Origin: Nitrososphaeria archaeon
Lineage (GTDB): Archaea; Thermoproteota; Nitrososphaeria; JACIWG01
Direction of reading: 5' to 3'
DNA: 64,000 nucleotides
Assembly (NCBI GenBank): GCA_029776065.1
Contig: JARVJP010000009.1
Location: 196,514-260,513 of the forward strand
The position numbers and the translations under genes are program-made. Positions 49,391 to 59,560 of the stretch are shown here, one piece after another. The notes below the pieces were generated by a model. It did not search any database, was not told the DNA's origin, and saw only the letters and a list, made by a program, of their open reading frames with translations. How positions within the stretch are numbered: position 1 is the first letter of the stretch; each line of letters starts with the position of its first letter.

Positions 49391-50815
49391 GTGTTTTACG
49401 GTGGTGAAGTGTTTTACGGTGGTCAGCAAAAAACGCTTATTGGTGCAACAAATCCAGAGGAGGAATATATAGAACTAATTACTAAAGACTACAGTTTTCA
49501 GGAGGCTTTTGATGCTCTAGATAGAATAGACTGGGATTTTAAAGATTTTACAACCCAATATCTTACACATACATTCCATTCATACCCTGCTAGGTTCATA
49601 CCTCAAATACCTCTAACATTCATTAAACTATTCACAAAGGAGAAAGAAATTGTTCTAGACCCTATGTGTGGAAGTGGAACTACATTAGTGGAAGCCTTTT
49701 TGAACAATAGACATTCAATTGGTAATGACCTTAATCCACTTGCAACTTTAATAACTAAAGTAAAGACTACTTTGATCAGTGAAGATGAGTTCAGATATTT
49801 AGATAAAAGATTATCAGTTATGAAACATTACTTAGACCTAGATTACGGAAGGATTAATGAAAGAATTAATAATTTACCAAGTAGAAAAATAAGCAAGATA
49901 TTTAACAGAGTTATAATCTCAAAATTAGAAAGTATTCGTGAAACTTTGTTAGAAATTAGAGAAGAAGGATACAACGATTTATTTGATTTTGGAAGAGTTG
50001 CTTTATCTTCAGCTATCTGGTCATTAGTGGAAAATGGTGGAGGAATAGACATCGATATGATTTTCCTAAAAAAGGTAAAATCTATGCAGAATGAGATTAT
50101 GGAAATGAATAGGATTATTAAAGTCATTCCAACAGTAAAAGTGATTTGCGGAGATTCAAGGAAATTAGATGTAGACACTAATTTAACAGATTTAATAATA
50201 ACGTCTCCTCCTTATGTAAACGCTCTTGATTATTATAGAGTTCATATGTACAACATGCTTTGGCTCGGCATGGACTTTGACTTGTTTAGAAAACACGAAA
50301 TAGGAGGACATTCCCATTTTATTAATAATAGGTTTAGACTACTTTCAGAATATTTGGGCGACATGTTACGTTCGTTGATTGAGATGAATAGAGTTTTGAA
50401 AAAAAATAAATTGTGCGTAATCGTTGTCGGAAATTCAAGCTTAGAATACGAATTGATTGAAAGTCATAAGTTTTTTGCAGAAATGGGTGAAAAAATAGGA
50501 TTTAAGCCATTAAGAACAATTTTTAGAAATATTGACATAACAAAGAAATATTCAAGCACAGACATAGGAAAAATTAATGATGAATACATCCTTATTATGC
50601 AAAAAATAAATGATGCCCAGGTTACTGCGAAAAATGACAATTTTATTTCCGATATTGTAAGAGAAGAAATGATAAAATTTAGAGAACGAATAAAGGAACA
50701 TCAGGGTACTTCTATTAAAGGTAGGAAACCAACTAGAGAAAGATTATTGAAGAACGTCGATAAAATCAACGAAGCCATAGAAAAAATACCTGAAGACACA
50801 AGAATAAAGGAGTAA
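49391..50815 (+). CDS. DNA methyltransferase, alpha-class, probably m4C
   Basis: THTFHSYPARF, motif I DPMCGSGT precedes motif IV TSPPY. Confidence 0.9.
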   Translation: MFYGGEVFYGGQQKTLIGATNPEEEYIELITKDYSFQEAFDALDRIDWDFKDFTTQYLTHTFHSYPARFIPQIPLTFIKLFTKEKEIVLDPMCGSGTTLVEAFLNNRHSIGNDLNPLATLITKVKTTLISEDEFRYLDKRLSVMKHYLDLDYGRINERINNLPSRKISKIFNRVIISKLESIRETLLEIREEGYNDLFDFGRVALSSAIWSLVENGGGIDIDMIFLKKVKSMQNEIMEMNRIIKVIPTVKVICGDSRKLDVDTNLTDLIITSPPYVNALDYYRVHMYNMLWLGMDFDLFRKHEIGGHSHFINNRFRLLSEYLGDMLRSLIEMNRVLKKNKLCVIVVGNSSLEYELIESHKFFAEMGEKIGFKPLRTIFRNIDITKKYSSTDIGKINDEYILIMQKINDAQVTAKNDNFISDIVREEMIKFRERIKEHQGTSIKGRKPTRERLLKNVDKINEAIEKIPEDTRIKE

Positions 50816-50821
50816 AACGTA

Positions 50822-51796
50822 ATGAAAGAATTTATTGGTAAAATAATATATTCAATTCTTAAAGGTCAAGACTATAGAACCTATGTTCTTGCGATAATAA
50901 ACAAAAGATTTGTCGATAAAACCCAAGAGTTAATTTCTGAAATCTATGAATATAAACAAAAAGGTGATAATTGGTTTGAAAAACTCTTGGATGACACCTT
51001 TAAAAAGAGGGGGAAGGAGAATAAATTTAGGCTTCTCTGGTTTGGTGGTTTAAACGATAAGACTGTAAAAAACATGACTGGAGGGACATCAGAAAAAGAA
51101 GTGTGTCTCGATTTAGGTAAGAAAAATATGAAGGCTTTAAGACTTTTGTTAGAAGAAGCAGAGCGCCGTGAGAACAATTTCAGTATTAGAATAATAATTA
51201 AAAAAGATCAAAATCAAATCGAATTAGATCATGTTGAAAGTCTATTTTTTATTAATATTATTTCAGCGATGAAATTAACAATTCAAGGAGGAGCTTGGAG
51301 TGAGGTAGGTAAACAAACTGAAAAGTGTCTACTTTTTGTTATATTTAATTTATTGGAAATTCCAAAAGAACACTATATTTTAACAACTGATGAGATGAAG
51401 AAAAAAGGGTTAATTGGGAATAGAGAAATTGATGCATTAGTTTTTACTAAAAACAAAGAGCCTTTAACCATTGAGTTAAAACTACTTGGAATAGGAAACC
51501 CAGAAATAGGCGATGAAGCGCTTGCTAGGAAAGTGAATTTATTCCTTATAGATAGACTCACAGACATGATGAAAAAAGAATCTGAAAAAATAGGAGTCAA
51601 GGTGATCGAGTTCAGACAAGAAAATTCATTAATGGAAATATTCAATTTTTTCAAGTTAAAAAATGTAGACTGTAAACTACCAGAGCAACTTACATCAAAA
51701 AAATTAGAAAGTCGAATAAACGAAATAATAATGGAATGGGGAGAAGAATCAGAAGATTTGAAAGTTATTAAGAAATTAAGAGACTGGACAAAATGA
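50822..51796 (+). CDS. Type II restriction endonuclease, CfrBI-like
   Basis: GQDYR, GLN.KT..N, I.GGAWS.VGK..EK, REID, E.KL.G.GNPE; follows the MTase. Confidence 0.8.
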   Translation: MKEFIGKIIYSILKGQDYRTYVLAIINKRFVDKTQELISEIYEYKQKGDNWFEKLLDDTFKKRGKENKFRLLWFGGLNDKTVKNMTGGTSEKEVCLDLGKKNMKALRLLLEEAERRENNFSIRIIIKKDQNQIELDHVESLFFINIISAMKLTIQGGAWSEVGKQTEKCLLFVIFNLLEIPKEHYILTTDEMKKKGLIGNREIDALVFTKNKEPLTIELKLLGIGNPEIGDEALARKVNLFLIDRLTDMMKKESEKIGVKVIEFRQENSLMEIFNFFKLKNVDCKLPEQLTSKKLESRINEIIMEWGEESEDLKVIKKLRDWTK

Positions 51797-52440
51797 TATT
51801 AACAAAGAGCTTTTTGCATAGATCAATTCCTAATTCAGGATACCAACATTTGCGAATTCTAATATCATTTTTTCCATAGCTTTTTTAAGTTCTGAGAACG
51901 CGGAATCTAACTGGCCATTCTTATTCTTTAAGAAATCCTCGTATGGATAGACCCAACAAACATCGTTCTTCATAAAAAGACTCTCAAGAGCAGTTTCTAG
52001 ATTGTTGTAGAGGGCCGTAGACTTTTTCTATTAAATTAATATTATTTTTAAAATTCTTAAGCTTAAATATAGAGAACATCAGTTTTATAGGTAAAATTAT
52101 TGGTAGCTACAAACTACTTTAGGAAATGAGATCAAAAGAATAAATGGCTCAACCACGGCATGGCTACTAAGCTTTAAAACACCCCAACAATATTTCTTTA
52201 TTATATACTTGTTCTAAAAATATAGGTTTTGACCAAAAAATGCTACTTATATTTAAACTTTTCGGTTGTTGGTTTAACTTAATAGAATAAGTTCAACCGA
52301 CATGAGAGCAAAGAGGTGAAAGTTCTTTTGTTGGAGTCAAATTTTGCTCCTTAACATCTTCCTATTATCCTTTTTAACTATTTTCTAATTTTTGGAAATT
52401 GTTTATATGCTACATACGACTTAACTTGTCATGGTATTGA

Positions 52441-52923
52441 ATGACTGATAACATGTTGTTGGGGCAAGCTGGAGTATATTTTGTAGCAGGTGAACTATCG
52501 AGACGAGGTTATATCGCATTAGTCACTACAAGGAATACAAAATCATACGATATATTGGCATATAATCCAGCCGCAAAAAGAAACTTGCAGTTGCAGATCA
52601 AAAGCACAAAGCAAAGACACAAAGACAGTGATAATGACGACTATATAGTATTAACAACCAATCAAGATGCTTTAGAAGAAAAACTACAAAGCATTGAAAG
52701 TTATCATGTGTTTGTCTACTTTCCTAAAGGAGGCCATCCAAGATATTTTGTTACTCCACCAAAAGAGCTACAAGATATCGTTAGGGAAGCTTGGAATGAC
52801 TACATAGAACATACAAAACATAGAAAGGGAATAGAGGATATTAAGAAGGCACAAAATCCTATAGGACCATGGATTGGGCAATTAAAGAAGTACGAAAATA
52901 GGTGGGACTTATTAGAAACCTGA
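52441..52923 (+). CDS. Small PD-(D/E)XK-family nuclease
   Basis: G.AGVYFVAGELSRRG, YDILA, LQIKS. Confidence 0.7.
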   Translation: MTDNMLLGQAGVYFVAGELSRRGYIALVTTRNTKSYDILAYNPAAKRNLQLQIKSTKQRHKDSDNDDYIVLTTNQDALEEKLQSIESYHVFVYFPKGGHPRYFVTPPKELQDIVREAWNDYIEHTKHRKGIEDIKKAQNPIGPWIGQLKKYENRWDLLET

Positions 52924-53049
52924 CAAATTTTGTCCTTGGATTTGATTATGGACTGCTGAATATGACTTTCTTAAAGAATGAATTGCATTGTTTCATCCAA
53001 GATTTTGATCCCCCTTCATAAGACTGTGAATGTGCCAAAAAATAATATT

Positions 53050-54090
53050 TCAACTTCTGTATCTCGTTCCACCCCCAATTCCTTCACAAACCTTGTCACT
53101 ATCATTTGATAATGTCAATTTCATATTTTCTTCGAGATGTTTTAGAATGGATTCTTCACTTCTTTCAGGAAACAATTCATTAAGGTATTCTAGGTAATCA
53201 CCAAAGCCTAATGTGTAAAGTAAAACTGTTTTAGGAATTTTACTTCTACGTTTGAGATACTTGTTATATAATCTTACGTTTCGCTTCGAACAAAGGAATT
53301 TTTTTACTTCTGATAAACTTCCGAACTCTCCTTGTTCTAAACCCTCTGCTTCTGTTTTTATGCTAACAATGCTTTTTATGAGTATTCTAAATTTTCTTGC
53401 GGCCTCAATGAAGATCATCTCTCGAGGTATCGCTATGTTGTGATATCGTCTCATGAGGTCTATATGGGTTGAATGAAGAACGAGTTGGTACATTTGCCTC
53501 AATTTCTCATTATTCTTTATTATATATGCGGAACGATTGTATTTGAATAGCTGACGCTTGTAATCCTTAATTAATTTTCGTTCCTTTTCCCTAAAGGATA
53601 ATAGAACTTGAATTTCGCACATTCTGAGAAGAAAACCCACTACTCTAGTAAAAGCTAGATTGGGGTATTTGTTATTTTTCATTAATTCTAATTTATATTT
53701 TTTGAACATCGTCCTTATATCAAAATCCTCCCGTTTTGAAACAACTATAAGCCATCTTGGTGATGGAGATATTTCAGGATTTTCATCTTGTTTGAATTGC
53801 CCTGCTTCTATTCTACCAATGATTCTTTCTACTACTTCACTAAAGAAACTTTCTAAGTCTTTATAAAAGATGATTTTAGCACTCAACGGAAGTGCAAAAT
53901 ATCTTCTTGTTTTTATATCTCTCATTATTAGATTCTTATTCTGCAGACGTTTTAGACCCTCAGACAAGACATCAGTTGAAAGCCCTGTTCTATTTAACAA
54001 TTCTTTGAACCTCAACGGTTCTTTGGCGGCAAAAAGCTCTTCTAGTATCTTCTTCTCACTGCCAATAATTAACTTTTTTTTAGTTGGCAT
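53050..54090 (-). CDS. N-terminal winged-HTH protein
   Basis: ILEEL..KEPLRFKELLNRTGLSTDVLSEGLKRLQNKNLI; start placed at MPTKKK. Confidence 0.65.
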   Translation of the reverse strand: MPTKKKLIIGSEKKILEELFAAKEPLRFKELLNRTGLSTDVLSEGLKRLQNKNLIMRDIKTRRYFALPLSAKIIFYKDLESFFSEVVERIIGRIEAGQFKQDENPEISPSPRWLIVVSKREDFDIRTMFKKYKLELMKNNKYPNLAFTRVVGFLLRMCEIQVLLSFREKERKLIKDYKRQLFKYNRSAYIIKNNEKLRQMYQLVLHSTHIDLMRRYHNIAIPREMIFIEAARKFRILIKSIVSIKTEAEGLEQGEFGSLSEVKKFLCSKRNVRLYNKYLKRRSKIPKTVLLYTLGFGDYLEYLNELFPERSEESILKHLEENMKLTLSNDSDKVCEGIGGGTRYRS

Positions 54091-54299
54091 TATCCAAGTA
54101 ACTTGGAAAATCGCATATAAACTTTGTATCCTTTGTCGCCTTGGAGACAGGTGAAACCTGATGCAATTAGACACTATTCTTAAAGAAGGAAAAAACATGG
54201 CATGCATAGATTTATGTTGTTCTTGCATGTTGCAAAGGATAAGGGATGTTACTACTGAGTTTTATCTTATAGAACGCTCTCATGTAAAAAATCATAATT

Positions 54300-54392
54300 T
54301 GTATTATGATATCAAACTACATGTTCCGTATATTATATTATGTATTATGATATCAAAATATAATAATAAGATATCAAGATATCAAACTGCAT
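54300..54392. repeat. Operator-like repeats (GATATCAA x4) between divergent DNA-binding genes
   Basis: TGTATTATGATATCAAA at 54300 and 54341; GATATCAA at 54308, 54349, 54370, 54378. Confidence 0.6.
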
Positions 54393-54416
54393 ATTTTTCT
54401 TTAGGTTGTTTGGAAG

Positions 54417-54998
54417 GTGGTCTATCCTTTGGTTAAGAAGCCTGTTTTTGTTAGGATAGACCAAGAACTGTTAAAAAAGATGAGAGCAGAAGCTTTTAGG
54501 CAATATGGTAAGCTTAAAGGTTTAGCTTTAGTCTTTGAAGATGCTTTTAGAATGTATTTGGCCTCTAGGCCTGCAACATACACCGACATCATGATCCTTA
54601 CAAAAAGCACGAAAAAGAAGATCGACTATTTGATAGCCTTTTTAAAAGACCCAGAAAAAGCGCAAGTGCAATATAAGCTAGATGAGCTTAAAGAATTGAT
54701 AGGTTCACTCTTGCAAGTTGAAGATGAGAGAACCAAAATCAAATACTTAAAAAGCTTAGTAGCACAAAAGATCTTAGAAATTCACCCAGGAAACGAATAT
54801 ATAATAACCAACAAAGTCTATCCTCTACCCCAAGAAAGCCAATATTACTTGGACTCATTAAAGAAAAATGTCGACCAGCATCCCATTGTCTCCAAGAGCA
54901 CTTCTTTAGCCAAAGAACCTATCATAGAAGAGTTTAGACCTGCGTTCGACATGTTGGCAAAACAACTATCTAAGGAGGCAGGAGACCATAATGGCTAA
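54417..54998 (+). CDS. Ribbon-helix-helix-like DNA-binding protein
   Basis: KKPVFVRIDQELLKKMR...LALVFEDAFRMYL RHH pattern, then possible wH. Confidence 0.55.
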   Translation: MVYPLVKKPVFVRIDQELLKKMRAEAFRQYGKLKGLALVFEDAFRMYLASRPATYTDIMILTKSTKKKIDYLIAFLKDPEKAQVQYKLDELKELIGSLLQVEDERTKIKYLKSLVAQKILEIHPGNEYIITNKVYPLPQESQYYLDSLKKNVDQHPIVSKSTSLAKEPIIEEFRPAFDMLAKQLSKEAGDHNG

Positions 54999-55164
54999 GA
55001 CTGTTGATATTTCCGAATTGAAGAAGTTCGTCATAGAAAACATGCCCAGAGACTCTAAACTAAGAGAGCTAATATTATGTGAAAAGGATACTATGACGGT
55101 GGAGGACTTCTTATCCAAGTCAGACCTATGGTTCAAACTGCTCAAGATAGAATTCTCTAAATAA
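54991..55164 (+). CDS. Small hypothetical protein (57 aa)
   Basis: MAKTVDISELKKFVIENMPRDSKLRELILCEKDTMTVEDFLSKSDLWFKLLKIEFSK*; GGAG SD; overlaps upstream stop. Confidence 0.65.
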   Translation: MAKTVDISELKKFVIENMPRDSKLRELILCEKDTMTVEDFLSKSDLWFKLLKIEFSK

Positions 55165-55272
55165 AGATTATTATAACCTTAAGTTACAATAAGATTCTAG
55201 AGTTGCCATTCACTAATGCAGAAGCCCTATTTTTTCAAAGCTTTTATAAACTCGCAGGGCAATAATCACATT

Positions 55273-55792
55273 ATGCCGTTTGGTAGAAATTGGAGTGAAG
55301 AGTTAGTTGCTGAATGGCTTTCACTTGACGGGTATCTTGTTGAAATAGGTCTACCAGTTGGTTCAGGAACTTCAGGTGGTAGAAAAGAAGCTGATGTTAT
55401 TGGAGCAAAGGTAATAAACAACAATCTGGAAATTATGCATGTAGAAGTAGGTTTTTTTACCTCTAAATCTCTATGCAAATTTTGAAATGATATGCAACAA
55501 GTTTAATCAAGACACTACTAATTTTATTAGAAACCATTTTAGTAAACAAATGGGTATGAATGCTTCTAATTCGACCTATAAAAAGTATTATGTCGGTATT
55601 TATTGCCCCAGTAAGCAGATTGAGCAATTAAGGCAGAAATTGGAAGATAAAGGAATAGTACTTCTAATGTTACCTGATCTTTTAGATATAATAGTAAGAA
55701 AACTCTCGAATTCATCAGCAGGCACATCACCAGAAGGCCTTTGGCTCATAAAAATGTTGGAAAACATGATATGGTGGAGGGCCATCAAATAG
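55273..55792 (+). pseudogene. PD-(D/E)XK nuclease split by +1 frameshift at T7 run
   Basis: WSEELVAEWL..GY, EADVIG, HVEVG then frame change at 55452-55458 into LPLNLYANFEMICNKF. Confidence 0.65.
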
Positions 55793-56107
55793 AGACCAGT
55801 TTACTATTCCTTATTAGAGTAATATTATCTATGAATAATTAGTTCGATGTTCTGTTCAGTTTCACCTTTGAGCTTCCTCTTTAAGCTTCCTTTCGAACTC
55901 TTTCCCCAACTCTTTTTACCTTTTTTCAATCCGTGGAAATTGTAATGCGAACTAGCCCTAGGTCAAAAATCATTTTAAAGGAAGCAGCAACCACCACTTT
56001 ATGTGCTATATTGCAATCTAGTACATCGCTCTTTGTGAACCATTCTGGGTCGCTTTATAAATTGTGTAGAGATTTACCTTCATCAAATAAGGGATGAAAT
56101 TTTCTTC

Positions 56108-56686
56108 TTACAAGTTCCTAATGTATAGACCTATAACAATAAATGTACTAATAATTATGATAACTAAAGCTACATCAGCAAAAATTACCAGTAGGTCTCG
56201 TAAACCTGGTAGTAATATATTCAGTAGTTCCCCAATTGGTCTTCCTATGATCCAAATCAGCGAAAGTGAGAAGAAGATAGCTACAGAAAGCCCACTTAAA
56301 ACTATTTGGACAAGTTCAACCATCCTACTTCACCATTCACTTCCTTGTTCTAAAAGAAGTTGCTTTTGTTCTATTCGGACAGTTGATGCATTATTTGCCT
56401 TAGCCACCTGCAATGCTTTCTCAACCAAGCTTACTGGAAGATCAAGATATAATAGACGTTCTTTATCTTGTGTTTCCTCTTGCTGGCTAATTTGTGAACC
56501 TACTATCCTGTAAGACCAAAGTAAAGTACCGACAACCATGGCGGGGTAAAATATCACAAGACCTAAAGCGAAAGCAATACCAGTAGAATACATTCCGATT
56601 GGATTAAAACCAAATAGCTTGCCTATGGGATCAGCTAACCAAACTGAAACCAAGATTAATGTACAGAAGAAATTTTTGAAGACCAC
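56108..56686 (-). pseudogene. Membrane protein in two in-frame pieces separated by a TGA
   Basis: ORFs 56330-56686 and 56108-56323 share a frame (..GSEW*SRMVELV..); both hydrophobic. Confidence 0.4.
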
Positions 56687-56698
56687 AGAATGCCCAAA

Positions 56699-57751
56699 TT
56701 ATGCGTTTATGGCATCCAGTAAGTTATTGAAGGCTTTAATGAACAGGTCTATTTCATTATCTGTCAAGTCTCCTTCACGAGTACTTATAGCTGGCTGTTT
56801 TAGCCTGTCATATTTGCTTTCTAAGTCACTGACTTTTATTATTTCTTCCCTGAATCTGTCGAGAGCTTCTCTTGGCACTTCTTTTCTTGGCTCCATAAAA
56901 TTCTTTAGAATCACTAAACCGTTAGGCCATAGTGTTAGGGGACAGAACCTTCCCTTTCCTGTTACCACATAATAACAGAACGCCTGTGGTCTAGCCTTCC
57001 ACTCGTGTTTCTTTTCTGCAGCAAGCTGTTTCAGACGCTGGAAAAGTATTCTTCCAGGTGTATCGCACTTTTTCAAGAACGCTTCCTCGCTTATTGGCGC
57101 TATTTTTTCCATATCCTCCCTTCCTTCATCTTTCTTTTCAGGTGGGGCAAATGATGGTGTTCCCCTTATCATGTAAGCTATTCTACCATCTTCTATATTC
57201 ATATATTTCTCAACTATTAATGATATTACTTCGTACCCTAATGTGGTTATCCAAGTTCTAAAGTCAGACGGCTCGCTATCTATAGGAATCACTATCTTCG
57301 GCTTATCCTCTAAAATTCTTTCCACAACCTCATAAAGTCTAAGCTCGGGCATCCCATCTTCTATCAACTTCCTCTTCAAAGCCTCTTTTTTCTCAATCAA
57401 GTCTAAAGTGGTTCGCTTAATTTTTTGCTTAGTATCCTTGTTTTCAATAGCCACTATCTGCTTACTAACTTGTGATGCTATATGACTCCATAACCCATGT
57501 TCTGCAAGCTCTACTTCTACTATATACCAGCATTTGCTTGAAAAATCTATAACAATTGCTTCTGGAACTGTACCATAACCGCCTGAAGTTTGAATGATCT
57601 TTTGCGGAATATAAACAATGTCCTTGTTGAATATAGTTTCATGATGACTGTTGATTAGGGATTCTAGTTCCTGTTCGTCATCAAACTCTTTTTTTACAAA
57701 AACCTTTGAATCCACTATAATCTTCATATCAAGAAAACTACGTGACACCAT
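56699..57751 (-). CDS. NucS/PD-(D/E)XK-like nuclease with C-terminal accessory domain
   Basis: F.DEQELE.LI..H...IF, GTVPEAI.ID, IVEVEL, HI..QV. Confidence 0.6.
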   Translation of the reverse strand: MVSRSFLDMKIIVDSKVFVKKEFDDEQELESLINSHHETIFNKDIVYIPQKIIQTSGGYGTVPEAIVIDFSSKCWYIVEVELAEHGLWSHIASQVSKQIVAIENKDTKQKIKRTTLDLIEKKEALKRKLIEDGMPELRLYEVVERILEDKPKIVIPIDSEPSDFRTWITTLGYEVISLIVEKYMNIEDGRIAYMIRGTPSFAPPEKKDEGREDMEKIAPISEEAFLKKCDTPGRILFQRLKQLAAEKKHEWKARPQAFCYYVVTGKGRFCPLTLWPNGLVILKNFMEPRKEVPREALDRFREEIIKVSDLESKYDRLKQPAISTREGDLTDNEIDLFIKAFNNLLDAINA

Positions 57752-58227
57752 ATAATAAATATTGTTCTATAAACTCGTTAGGGTCATATTTTACAAAACT
57801 TTTTTAGGTTTTAGAGGAGTTTCCTATCTTCAATAGTTTGAGCTGGTTTTTGCTTATTAGACAAGTTTAACCATTTCCTTGAACGAATGGGGATAGAATC
57901 GCATAGGGTACTGTATAGATTTTATTCTAAGGTTTATGACAACATAGGAGGAGTAGATTTCTACCCTTTTGATTATCTCGGTCGCCCACCTGACGTTGTA
58001 TCATAAGCTCTCCCTTCCTCTTGTCTATGATAAATCCAGCTCTATTTCCCAAGTTAGTTCAAAACAAACTTTCTAATAAACAGACGATCATAAGATTTGA
58101 TGATAGTAAAGTATAGAAATTGGTAAGGATTTCTTGAGAATAATTAAACAAGAGAGAAGTAATAATATCTACAGTAAAGTGTTTAAACTGCTTACGTAAC
58201 TAAAGGGTTGTGGGCATCTTTCAATTT

Positions 58228-59502
58228 CTAAAATGGAATCTTTATTATTGCTCTGTCGTTGGGTAGTTGGGCTACGAACTCCCATCCCTGAGCTATATGG
58301 TGTTCTATATCGTTTATGCTTATGACCTTCTGTCTTGCGCCATTGTTGGCCATCGCGCCGAGCAGCTTGTTTCTCGCCATCTTGTGGAGGTCTTCGTCGC
58401 TTATCGAGGACAGGTCCATCTCGTCTACTTCGTCCTGTTTGAAGCCTGCTATCAGCAGCCACTGTTTCTTGAACGCCTCCTTCATCTTCTCCTCGCTTAC
58501 GGACTCTGCTCTCGTGGTCTGCAGGAACTCTTGTGACCTCCTATAGGCCTCCCTCATGTCCTCTACGACCTGCTCTGGTAGCCTCTGCTTGTTCGTCGTA
58601 TACCTGTTCTCGATGTCTCCTTTGTGGCCCATCCAGAACGTTCTATAGTCTCTCATGACTAGGCCCTTTGACTCTGCAAGCATAAGTTGGGTGTCGAAGT
58701 ATGATCTTAGCACGTAGGGCCTCCATGGAAAACCAGCCTTTCTGATCGCACCTCTTATTATGTCCCCTATGTTTATTGCCCGAATGAAGGGCTTCATCCT
58801 CTGCTTTGGTGTAATGATCGGAGACTCTTGAGTTAACGTTTCACCCTGCCGTATCCTATCCTCCAGATAATCCTTGAGATAATCACATCCCTCTTCACTC
58901 AAAAATGTGAAGTACTGGTGTCTGGCCTTACTCAGCTCCCTTCTCACAATAACCGTTGTTGGGATCTTCTTGAACTCGACCTTACCATCCTTTACCTCCA
59001 TCTCAGGGAAGTCTCTAACTCTTAATCCATTTTGGCCAAAGTAGTCTCCTAGAACCTCTATCCTAAGGCCTGAATGTGCAACTAGAACCGATGCTAACCT
59101 TGCCTTCTTGTCACCTGATAAGAATATCTTTCTCAGTTCCTCTCTCGTGGGAACTCTTTCATCTCTAAGAGATGGCGTATCCTGCGCACCCTTAACCTTC
59201 ACAGCAACCTTTAGCTCCCTCCTGTTGAAGGAAAGCCAAGAGCGAACCGCTTTCAACACGTTAACAACATAACTTCCAGCATAACCCCTTCCCTCCATCA
59301 AACCAACATAATCCATGACCAAACCTTGTAACCGATCATCATCCAATAACACGAGCTCCTTAGGCGACAAATGATTCAGAGCACAGAAACCCCCTAACCT
59401 CCTCAAACAAACATCCGCATTAACCCTAGAACCCCTCCCAAGGTTCTCATACCACCTCCTAACATTAATATCCTCCAAAAGAAAACCATACTTTAAAGCC
59501 AT
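58228..59502 (-). CDS. int: Tyrosine recombinase / site-specific integrase
   Basis: SGLRIE (R), LSKA (K), YVLRSYF (xxxR), WMGH, RYT (Y); beside tRNA-Trp att. Confidence 0.92.
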   Translation of the reverse strand: MALKYGFLLEDINVRRWYENLGRGSRVNADVCLRRLGGFCALNHLSPKELVLLDDDRLQGLVMDYVGLMEGRGYAGSYVVNVLKAVRSWLSFNRRELKVAVKVKGAQDTPSLRDERVPTREELRKIFLSGDKKARLASVLVAHSGLRIEVLGDYFGQNGLRVRDFPEMEVKDGKVEFKKIPTTVIVRRELSKARHQYFTFLSEEGCDYLKDYLEDRIRQGETLTQESPIITPKQRMKPFIRAINIGDIIRGAIRKAGFPWRPYVLRSYFDTQLMLAESKGLVMRDYRTFWMGHKGDIENRYTTNKQRLPEQVVEDMREAYRRSQEFLQTTRAESVSEEKMKEAFKKQWLLIAGFKQDEVDEMDLSSISDEDLHKMARNKLLGAMANNGARQKVISINDIEHHIAQGWEFVAQLPNDRAIIKIPF

Positions 59503-59560
59503 ACCATATCCTAACAAGCCTTTAAATAAAAACATATCGATACTTGAACCCAAAACAAGG

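Noticed and set aside
51830-52035. Minus-strand coding-like remnant (LIEKVYGPL / LYNNLETALESLF..)
   Set aside because: Short, frameshifted and without a start; cannot be assigned
56330-56332. In-frame TGA as selenocysteine
   Set aside because: No redox motif context or recognisable SECIS; decaying mobile cargo is more plausible
59230-59510. Strong C/A-rich strand bias at the integrase 5' end as a repeat or structured RNA
   Set aside because: No periodic unit; explained by G/T-rich codon usage of the integrase N-terminus
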